A stretch of DNA of 64,000 nucleotides. It comes from Sminthopsis crassicaudata. Lineage: Eukaryota. The position numbers and the translations under genes are program-made. The notes beneath the pieces are model-generated. The model had not been told where the DNA came from, searched no databases, and saw only the letters and a list, made by a program, of their open reading frames with translations. This document shows, piece by piece, positions 1 through 10,834 of this stretch (position 1 is its first letter; every line of letters starts with the position of its first letter). Location: NCBI RefSeq assembly GCF_048593235.1, contig NC_133621.1, positions 85,117,148 to 85,181,147 on the forward strand, in the 5' to 3' direction.

Positions 1-430
1 TCACTGCTTCACACAAACACCCTTCAATTTTCATTTTTTTGTCTATTAAATCCAAATCTCCCAACATCCTGACCACCTTTGCATGGTTCCTATAATTCTC
101 TCAAAGTTAACACCTTACATTTTTCTCCTCTGTTAAATATCTAACCTCCTAGAAAAGCTATTTATATTCATTGTCATTTCCTCTGTTCCTTCTGACTTTG
201 ATTTCTAGTTTTGCCACTAATGTGAAACTACTTTCTATGCTTATGAACAGAGAGCAGTCTTTTTTCTTAGTTATCATTTTTCTTGATCTCTGGCATTATT
301 TGACATTGTTGATCATTTCCTCCCTCATTTACTCTCTCCTTTCTGGATTTTCATTAGACTGCTCATTCCAGTTCTTCTCCTTGTCTAACAACTCCTTAAT
401 CTCCTTTGCTAGATTATCATCCATGTCTCA
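1..430 (+). mobile_element. LINE-2 (L2) ORF2 relic
   Basis: Pyrimidine-rich stretch resembling the L2 RT region (gatctctggcattatttgacattgttgatcatttcc...). Boundaries approximate. Confidence 0.6.
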
Positions 431-487
431 TACTAATAAAGGCAGGTGGATTCCAAGCCCAGTTGGGAAAGGTTCAAATATGGGTGT

Positions 488-490
<3 letters not shown>

Positions 491-570
<80 letters not shown>
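491..570. repeat. (TC)n microsatellite, about 40 units
   Basis: Directly visible; it produces the SLSLSL runs in ORFs 171..635 and 446..703. Confidence 0.98.
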
Positions 571-574
<4 letters not shown>

Positions 575-1859
575 CATGAGCTCAATCACATCTCATTTCA
601 TGAGCTCAATCCCGACAAAATGGCCATCAATTTGATTCTCACACTGGACATTCTTAACTCCTTCCTTTTACCTCATGTTTTCTTTCAAAGTATCAGAAAA
701 TAACCACTGCTTCACTCTAGTCATCTGGTTTTAAAATTTTAATTCCCTCAATATCCTTTGAGGACATTAAGCTTTTATGGGAATACTTTTTTCTTTTTCC
801 CTTGTTAGAATGTTACCAAAACATATTCATATAGTTTCGTTTAGTTGCTCAAATAAGCCTACTTTTATAAGTTTTTCTGGAGTCCTTCGTATTCAAAGGT
901 CCTTCTATAGTCTTTTTATCTGGAATACTCGAATATCATCTAGTATAATTATAATCTTTTTTATTGCCCTCTGGGATTATACACAGCTTTGCATTAAATT
1001 ATTCTTATTTTTAAGCTGAGATCTTTTTTTTTTTCTCATATTGGTTTTTCAATGTGACTATTAAACTACGAAGCTAATAAAGAGAATCCCAACAACTTTT
1101 CTGTAGATCCTGACATTTCCTTGTTACTTTATTTCTTTCTGGATGCTTCCAATATTTTTTCGGTGGTAATGAATTCCAGATTTTGGTTATGCTATTCTTA
1201 GTACTCTTCAACTTGTAATTCTTTCCAGAAAACTGGTGAATTTTTACTATCTTATTATCTTTTAGTTTTATTATTATTACTGTTACTATCATATTGTCCT
1301 CTGATTTTAAGGGACCTGAGCAGTTTTCACTTATAATTTCTTAACAGAGTAAGCAGCCTTAAAAAAAAAAAAAAAAAATTCATAGATTTTAGAATCCAAA
1401 AATTACATTGCCTTTGTTTTCTATGTCATTTTAAAAATAACAAATATCTTACATTTTCTGTTGTTGTTACAATCTTCTGATTTTGTTGTGATAGTCTGTC
1501 TTTTGAATCGCTGATCTGTTTGGTCTCGTCTGATTTTCTTGTGTGGGTTTTATTAATTTATCTTCTATGCTATTAATTCTCCTTTCAATTCTTTCTTTAA
1601 AAGCTTTATTTCATTTCCCCCCCTCCTGATGTATTTCTCCTAGATATTTACGTAGTCTTAACGGAAAATCCACTTTTTCCTTAGGGACTCTATAGTTATT
1701 GAGTCAATTTTTAAGGGATTTTTAGACTTATAATTTTTTTAAAATAATGATTAGTATTTCCTCTTGTTTTGTTCATGTCTCCAGTTTTATTTCCTAAATT
1801 GGGATTTAATACTTTTCTGCTGATCTTTTACTCAATTCCCTTTTCACCCTATATATACA

Positions 1860-2340
1860 ACCACAAGTCTTCCCCTAGTCAAAAAACTCCAACAGCTCTC
1901 TATTACCTCTAAGAGCCTAATTTGGACCCTTAAAAGCCTTTAATGATCTGGCCCCAACTCATCAACAGTTTGTGTGACATTACTCCCTTTCATACACTCT
2001 ACAAGGCAACCAACTTAGCTCCCTTCCTTTTCTCTCAAGGGCATGTCCTTTCAAATCTGTGTCTTTGCACTATCCCTATGACCAGAATGTATTCCTTCTT
2101 CCTCTCTACATTTAGAACTTCAGATGAATCTTATCTCATGGGTTACCTTCTTTAGGAAACCTTTTCTAATCTCTTAAATGTTAGTAGTTTGTGATCTTTG
2201 ACTTTTATATGTCTTCTCCTTCCTTCCCTCCCTTCCTCTGTGAGGATGGAAGCTACCTTAGAACAGGAATTATTTTTCATTTTGCCTTTGTATATTCAAC
2301 ATTTTGAACAAACTATAGATGATTCATAAATGCATGTTAC
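1860..2340 (+). mobile_element. L2 3' region relic
   Basis: L2-like motifs (aatgatctggccccaac; tail ending ...ttcataaatgcatgtt). Boundaries approximate. Confidence 0.55.
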
Positions 2341-2369
2341 ATTAGCTTGTTCCATGAATGATTGAGAAA

Positions 2370-2930
2370 AGTGGGAGGGATATCTAATATGATAACTCAA
2401 GATCAAGTTTCAAGATACTTGTGTCAGGTTGAAATGCTGGGGTAAAATCAATAATCTAAAATTTCACAGGAGGAAATGTAAAGTTCTATATTTAACTATT
2501 AAAATTCAACAGTCAAAGAATAAGGCAAGTAATTTATATGTAAAAGAATAAGGCAAGTAATTTATATGTACAAAGCCATGAGTATTTCAGTTAACTTTGT
2601 AATTAGTAATATAATGAAGTTGTTTAAAAAGTTCGCTAACAATATCAGGCTCCATTATACTAAAAGTAGTATTTAAATTATGAAAAATAATGGTGGATCA
2701 GTTATGATCTCGGGTCTAGGAGAAAAGTGAATAATAAAGTTGAGATATTTAGAAAGGTACTGAATAATCTAGTGACCAGAATACAAGATGTCTGAGTTTC
2801 AGAAATCAAAATCAAACTTGATGATGAGTTGAACACCCTCTGAGGCAGGAAGACTTTAGGATTTCCTTGCTTTTGAAAAAGAATGGTCTCAAGATATGGG
2901 TGGAGACAAATATGTACAAGTATCTAGAAT
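2370..2930 (+). mobile_element. CR1/L3 LINE 3' relic
   Basis: aaatgtaaagttctatattt and ggtctcaagatatggg resemble the L3 RT C-terminal consensus. Boundaries approximate. Confidence 0.5.
2515..2570. repeat. Perfect 28-bp tandem duplication (aaagaataaggcaagtaatttatatgta x2)
   Basis: Directly visible. Confidence 0.95.
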
Positions 2931-5900
2931 GGCCAATATAATTCTAAATTATCCAAAATAACATTAGAGGTGTGTGGAGTGTGGGTATGTGTGTGGAGGA
3001 TAGGAGGGTGGGGAGGGTGTATGGTGGTTGTAGGTAGACTTCTTACTCAAAATGACAATTTTAGGTTATCAAAGCAATGCTACTCTATGCAAAAGAGCAG
3101 TTCCTAACTTGTAATGACACTTCCTAAAATTCATTTAAATTCTCCCCTAAAAAGTGAAGAAAAAACATATCTACATCAGTTTCATGAAAAAAGTGATATG
3201 CCTTACAGAAAATTTTTATAAAATGCTTACAAAAGTGGGTAAACAATTACTCATGATAAAAGCACTGATGAACAGACAGTGGAGTTATTTACTCATTTGT
3301 ATATATACAATAATTTTTTTTTCATAAATTACATTCAACTTCTATTTCTGCACGTGACAAACCTGCATTCATTTCACTTATTTGATAAAATAGATAATAA
3401 AAATCCACAATAATGACAAAGATGTCAAGTAGCCAACAGATTCATTCAGCTTCTCCAAATTTTTTCATTTTGAAGTAAATAACAAAACCACCTCGCTCAA
3501 GGTAAACACCAAGATGAGAAGCAGAAAGATAAGCAGGAAGAGAGCAAGTAATACTATAGCTGTCACATGTAATTTCCAAGATTATGAAATCAATTTACTA
3601 GAAATGTCGTCAATAACAAGAACCTAAGTGTTCTGATGCCCAGTGTTGTGCAATGCCACAATGCCAGGTTAATGACAGACATAAAGACTGTATTCAAATG
3701 AAAAACAAGATAGTTGCCTCAATTAGAACATCTTTTCAGGCCCTGATAAAAATTCCCAAACCTAAAAAGAAGCCAAGATGACAGGCGAACAGGCAGACAT
3801 GAAACAACCAAACTTGGACTCTTTGCCATATGGTTCCTTTGCCACTTTTAGTTTCAGCTCCTCTCTCATAAAGATACCAATAAGCAGTGAAATATCCACA
3901 AGGCAGAGAGTATCAGGAAGATGTAAAAATCAGTAAAATGAAATGCTTTACTTCTGAATTAAACAATTGCTTATAATAAAACCTGACTGCTAAAAACAAG
4001 TTCAAAGAGACTTTCAGTATTCACAAACAAACAAAAATAAAATCATTTGAATAGATTTTTTAAAACAATGCTAATTTCTGTAAAATGAGTAATAAATTAG
4101 TGTGTTATATTCGGAGAATCCAGTTCTGTCCTTCAGGATTTTTAACTAGGCTCCAGGGCAAATCCAAATTCATATGAAATAAGCCACACAATTTTAATGT
4201 CTGCAAAGAGCTGAAATTTTAAAGGTAATTCTTAAAGTTGCCTAGCATAAAACTCAATTTCTATAAATTCAAAGGATATAGATTTGAGGCAAATCTACTG
4301 GAATTTGAATTTGAGAATCTGGACTACTTGGATTTTTCAACCACAGTCTTTCCGCTGTATAAAGATTTACTTAGCACTGTTTGAAAAATATTAAAATGGA
4401 TAATTAGGTTAAGATTTTTATAAGATAATTAAGCCTAAAGAAAAACATGAGTGTTAGAGGTCTGTAAAGGTTCCATTAAGTGAGGAAAAAACCTAATATA
4501 TATTAAAATATGAAAAGAAGAATTTTGATGGCTTTTAAGATATAGTCAACATTCATATGTATGCACACACACACATACATGTATATGCATATAAAAGTGC
4601 TGAATAACTCATGGATCATCAGAACATGAAAAGATGATTTGGGAAGAGATCAAAAAAACTAAAATTCCAAAAAATGAAATATTTATGGTCCAAAATACAT
4701 TTCAGTTCATTCAAAGAGGAGTACTTAAAAATGTCTATAGAATTAGTAAGCATTCAAATAATCTCTCAGCAAATCCCAGCAGTCTGTAGAAACCCAAGCA
4801 GTAATATACTTTTGTGGCAGTCTGAGATTTTTATTAAAAACTAATGGTGTCCCTCTCGTTCTCTCTAAAATGTCATTTAGCTACTTTAGCAACAACTAGT
4901 TTTGAGAAAAGGATGAGAAGGATGAGGAGATTTTCCTCAGATTTAACCTTGAAGGTAAATTTTTTAAAAATTAGCACGACTTTTATGTACAAAGGAGAAG
5001 GAGCCACTCAAGTTTTTCTTGTTAAATTTTACCTTATCTATAATGAGAAAGTTTTTCTTTGGGGGAGGGGGACTTGAAGTAAACTCTCTAATGGAAGGAA
5101 CTGAAAGCAACTATAAGAGGGGGTCCTATAAAAGGTTAAGTATGAGATCTCATGTGTCCAATATAGTGAAAGCTTTTGCATTAGGGCACCTAATCACTAA
5201 AATGAAGTCAGAGAATTCATAAATAATTACAATTTTCATTAAATAACTAAAGTTAAGCCCCATTCTTTAGATAACCCCAGAGCTATGTGACCTCTTGGGG
5301 AAATTTAGATATCAACTAAAAGATAAATGTTATACAAGTACATGCACACTGGAGAGGAGGCAGAAAGAGAAAAAAAGAAACACGAAAGGAGACAGGGAGG
5401 GCTATCCCTTACAGTGCATTTAGAAGAGAGAAAAACTGGTTCAAACTATTCCAGCAGCCATGGATGAAACAGAAAAGCAGATGAAAGAAAATTCAACTGG
5501 GCGTTGCCTAACTGCAGAAGAAGAGGAAAACATTATTATGATTTGGAATGCTAGAGAATTCAACTCTTTGAATTAGTTTGTCCTCTGGTTGCACCTATAG
5601 AAAGAAAAAAGCCTGTCATAAATTAGAAAGTTTTTAATTGGCAATTAATCTGGAACTAAGTTGGGCATCATACCAAGAGAATTACAGAATAAAACCTGAC
5701 TTCTACAAATTTATAACCTGAAATGTGAATAGAGTACAGTCAATAATATACATTTTTAAACAGAATAAAAAACTTTAAATTACATAAATGAATTTAAACA
5801 GTATAGCACTATATTAGTAACATAATATAATTAGTGTTTGCTGTCTTGTTACTTTATCATTACATTGAATGACTATATAAGCAAACTATTAATAGTGCAG

Positions 5901-6169
5901 TTACGTAACTATAAAATCAGATGGAAATCAAAAACAATAACCACTGGGAGTTTCAGGTCCAGATTAGGTGGGTCAAATTAAACAGTTATCTGATTAATAT
6001 GGAAAGGCTTCCCAAAAGGACAGGATTTCAAAAGCTCATGACTTTAAAGAAATGGCTTTGCAAGATAGATGGCAAAGTATACAAAATACATCACTGGAGA
6101 AAACTTAAGATAATAGTATATTATCCAGAAGGATTTTAAGCAATCAAATGAAGAATTTGTGTTTTGGCA

Positions 6170-6560
6170 CCCCTTTGGGAATATTATTTTGTTAGTTGTA
6201 GGGAAGACAGATTAGGAAGGGGACTATATGTAAAGAAACAATTAGGGACTGATTAGGTGAAAAGAGGTGAGGAGGGCCTGAATTAGGGTAGTAGTCGCAT
6301 GAACAGAGAAAAAGAACTGAATTGTAGAGATCTTGTGGAGGAAGAATTAACAAGATGTAGTAAAAGATGTAGGAGAGTGCAGGGGAGGAAAAATAAAGAG
6401 CCAAAGATGGTTCCAAGACTAGTTGCCTGGAAGAGTAGAGGCATTTTCAACAAAATCAGAGAAGTTTTTAAGAGGCATGGATTGAGGAGGCAATATAAAG
6501 TTCCTTTTTAGGGATACTATGTTTGAGAAATCCAATAGAAATCCCAGTTAAGATTTCCAA
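6170..6560 (-). mobile_element. L2 relic
   Basis: Purine-rich reverse-orientation L2 pattern (agggcctgaattagggtagtag..., agttgcctggaagagtagaggc). Boundaries approximate. Confidence 0.6.
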
Positions 6561-6644
6561 TGTTGAAATTAAAATTCAGGAATATCAGATATGCATCTAT
6601 AAAATCTATGATAACTGAACTCTTGGAAGCTGATAAAATCTTCA

Positions 6645-6760
6645 AGAAAGGCCTTAAGGAGAGTGAAGAATGTCCCAGTTATACAGCTAGTAAGTGGCAG
6701 ATACAGGATTAGGAACCATTTTTTTTCCGACTCTGAACTGTTCAAAGCTTTTTGTCCTAA
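6645..6760 (-). mobile_element. MIR (CORE-SINE) fragment
   Basis: gtcccagttatacagctagtaagtggcaga matches the MIR antisense consensus. Confidence 0.7.
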
Positions 6761-8579
6761 CATATTTACAAGTTTCCTATGGCAAACTTATCTTTATGTT
6801 AAAAAGTGTGAGATTAGCAATCTAAATACTAGTCAAAATGCAACCATCATAAACTTTTCTTATTTAATACGTGCGAGGCATAACTACATAGAATTTGATA
6901 TTTATTATTTGATAATTATTTCTATGAAAACTATAATGCAATTATTTTTTACAGTTCATCACATAGTCACAAATACTTCCTTCAATATGACTTTTATACA
7001 CTTAAGCAATCCTGCCTCCTAATAGAACTTAAGAGATGGCTCCTTTAATCCTTTCAAAAAATTGTATTATTTTGCATTTTCTTTTTATCCCTTTAAATAT
7101 CCTTCCTAGTTAAGAAATTAACATTCTCTCATATAATTCTTATACAAATTGTACTTTTACTTTTCTACATCTCTTGTTAATTACATGATTTTATCTATAA
7201 TAATCTATTCATAAGGTGCTGATAACTTTGGTTGCCAACCCCCACCCCCACCAAAAAAAGAGGAAAACTCTGCATAAATTGCTTAGCACAAAGTTAATCT
7301 TATAATACAAGGCATAAAGAGGATCTAAAGGCTATTATATGACTTATCAGCTTTCCTGAAAGGGTCACTCTGTACACTTCCATAAGACTAATTAAATACC
7401 TTAACAATGTCATTGAAACTTCATGAATCTTTCAATAAATTACAGCCTTCCTCTACAACATGTTTTCATTTATTAATCTAACTTAAAATGCAAAGTGCTA
7501 TATAAGAAACCTCTCCACAGTTAAGTAGGGCCACTCAGTTAATGCTGATTATATGGTTTAAATGCAAAGAATAATGATCCCTGTAACCAATGACACAATT
7601 AAAACTATCACAATCTTTCAAGAGATGTTAATCCTCTTATTTCAACAATGACCACAGTTTTGCTTTTTTAAAAATCTTTCTCTAAAAACCTATTTTGGAA
7701 GATATTTACAACTCATAAGGCAAGAAGGATAGCTGTACATGGGATAGTTCTAGAAACTTAAAAATAGATAGGTACCAGCCAATTTTAGTCTTCATACTAT
7801 AACTAAAATTGTTAAATGGATTGACAGTTCATAAATGAGCACAATACTGATACCACAGGCTATCTTATAAGGGCTCTTATAAGATTCTTATACTACTTAT
7901 ACAACTCTTATAAGGGCTCCACTAAGGACTGAAATGTAATTTGATAATAGAAAAATGCTGGCTAGCAAATACACAAAGTCATCTTTGTTTTCATTAAGTG
8001 TTACATATATATGCTTATCAATGACAGCTTACTTCATACATGCTAAAACTGATATTCAATGCTTAAGCAATTTTATTCTAGTCACAAATTTCTCGTACAA
8101 TTAAGATTCATAGTATCAGATCTAATCTTACTTCTAGCCATTTCACTAAAGTAGTTTATAATTAATCCAGTCTTCAGATAGTCTTCATTAGAAATACACA
8201 TTGTCATAACGCTCACTACAATAAATAGAAATATAAAAACTATTTGAGGTTTTAGAAAATTCTATTTATTTTCAGGATTATAGAAACTAAAGGTTTTCAG
8301 GAAACTGCTTGTAAAGAATTTATGACATTACTGGCTATTTCAAAGAGAATTTGATTTGACATAGGAGGTAATGTTAAGTTCAAAATTAACTTCAATTCTA
8401 AGTTATAGCCTAAATGAAAAGCATTTTTACTAGAAGAGGGGGAAAAAAAAGCAGAGGTAGCCAGCAAAGTAGTAGGTTGTAGTCAGAAAAGACCACAAGG
8501 TTGTCTTTAAATCTTCTATAAAGAAGAAAAGATCAGTGATTTTATTTGTGTAGCCACTGATAAAAAAATCACAACTTAC

Positions 8580-9010
8580 TACCATTCCTCGACACTGCCA
8601 CTATCTTGGTACAGGCCTCATCATATCATCCCTGGACTACTGCAGTAGTCTGGCTGGTGAGTCAGCCAGCCTCAAGTCTCTTCTCACTCTAATTCATCTT
8701 GAGCTACCAAAACAATGTTCTTAAAAATGAAGTTTTAATTATGCCACCCCTCTTCATCTCTGCCTTCTGGCTTCATTGGCTTCCTTCAAGTCTCAGCTAA
8801 AATCTGCTCTTCTACAGGATGCCTTTACCAATCTTTTAAATTCTAGTTCCTCCCTTCTATTAATTATTTCCAATTTATCTTGAATATAATTTTTTTGGTA
8901 CATAGTTGTTAGTATATTGTTACTTGACAGCAGGCAGTGTCACCTGCCTTTCTCTGTATCCTTAAGCCTTTCACACAGTGCTGAGGCATAGTACCATTAG
9001 TTATTGAGTA
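8580..9010 (+). mobile_element. L2 3' relic
   Basis: cctggactactgcagtagtct, ccttcaagtctcagctaaaatc and terminal cacagtgctgaggcatagta are L2 hallmarks. Confidence 0.75.
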
Positions 9011-10519
9011 ACCCAAAACCTACGACGTGACATCCAGTAATCTGGCGATGAACCTCTCCCAACTTCACTGGGCTAATTCTCAGGAAAGATACAAATACAT
9101 AAATCTACAGATATATTCAAGCTTGCTCTGACCTGCAGAACTCAGTGCTGCTTTTGAGAATTCTAGGCCATTTCCACACTACACATAGATATTAAAATTC
9201 AATTTTCATCAACATCTTCCCCTAAAAAAAAATGCAAAATAATTACATATTTTGGTGCTTCACCAATTTGAATTTAAATTTATTACTTCCTTCCATAATA
9301 CAAAATTAAACATCAGCTCACATAAATAGCTCTACAATAAAGGTATTATGCACATAGATTGGAGAAAGATACATATCTTTACATATAATATACAAAATAT
9401 GTATATACATATCCAAAAAAAAGTTCTAAATCCAATCCAGAAAGTGTATCAAAAATGAACTCCCATGCATGCTCCTTCCTTACTAATTCCACTAATCCTT
9501 CCCTATATAACCTTGAATAAAATATTGGTAATATTTCTAACATGAATCACCAAATTATCATCTGGAGAGAAAGATACAATATGATTATTTATGGTTAAAA
9601 AACAAGAAACCATATTTATCATCAGAATTCTTGCTTATTTAGTTTGTGTAGTTTTTGCTTTAGTGTTATATATGTATGTATATTTTTGTGATAATCTGCA
9701 AATTAGCACCAACAATTTCAATGTGTTTGGAAGTATATATGCAACTGTTATGGCAGGTAAGCCAACTGGACAACAAGGCAAGAAAATGGAAGTTATTGAT
9801 GACTAAAAATATTTAATCTACTAATTAAATGAATTAGTAACTAAACTAACTAAATAACTAAACCAATATTTAAAGTAAATAAAGTCAGGTTACCATTAAA
9901 GAAAGCATGAGTTTCTAGGCCAGAATTTTTCAAAGATGATCAGGAACCAAAAAAACTCACCCCAAAATAATATCCAACAACAATTACCTCAAAAACCAAA
10001 CAAAGCAACCAAAGACACTCAATGCAGCAGGACTGAGAAAAGATAAAAAACACTATTACATTATTAGTTACTATGAATTTGTCTGTTATGGATATCAATT
10101 TTGAATTATGCCAAAAGAGTGACAAACTATTCGTGTACATTTTATTCAGCATTCCCATTACAGGGACAATACCCCCCAAAAAATCAAAAGAAAAATAAAG
10201 TTCTAATATGTAAAATATTATTAAAAAGCAGAATTCTTTGATATATTAAGCAACTGAAATAAAGTTGATGCCCATCATCTGAGGAATGGCTGAAAAGATT
10301 ACTATATATTAATATTAGTATTGAGTAATAAGACAAGATTTCAGAAAAACATAGAAAAACTATATAAACTGATGTACAGAGAAACAAGCAGAAACAAGAG
10401 AGGGAGATGGGTACTGCCTGGACTTCAGGTACAACTGTTATATAGAATTTTTAGACCAGGAAACAAGCTTTATTGATGAAGATGTTACTGATAGGATAAT
10501 GAATAGGATAATGATGTAC

Positions 10520-10610
10520 CCAAGTTGACATGGCCAGCAAGTGTCAGAGATTGAACTTAAACTCAGGGCCTTCTAAGGTCAGATCTCCATCCATTACCCA
10601 GCTTCAGGAG
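10520..10610 (-). mobile_element. MIR fragment
   Basis: cccaagttgacatggccagcaagtgtcagag resembles the MIR antisense consensus. Confidence 0.6.
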
Positions 10611-10756
10611 AATTAAGAAAATAAATAGCATGACAATAACGCAAATTAAAAGATGCCAGTTAGAAGGAAAATCCCCAATAGTAGAAAAACCACTGGAGGT
10701 GTCAGAAAACATATAGTGAAATGTACATTCCTTCTCACAACAGAAAAAGGAGAGAA

Positions 10757-10758
<2 letters not shown>

Positions 10759-10806
<48 letters not shown>

Positions 10807-10834
10807 GTGGGTGTGTATACACACATACACACAC
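10759..10834. repeat. (GT)n microsatellite followed by a short (AC)n tract
   Basis: Directly visible. Confidence 0.95.

Noticed and set aside
171-703. ORFs of 154 aa and 85 aa
   Set aside because: They stay open only because of the (TC)n microsatellite and pyrimidine-rich L2 relic; no protein-like content.
9133-9221. Good-looking donor CAG|GTCAGA at 9131-9132, with possible acceptors at 9179 and 9222
   Set aside because: The acceptors are mediocre or homopolymer-based; not distinguishable from background decoy splice sites.
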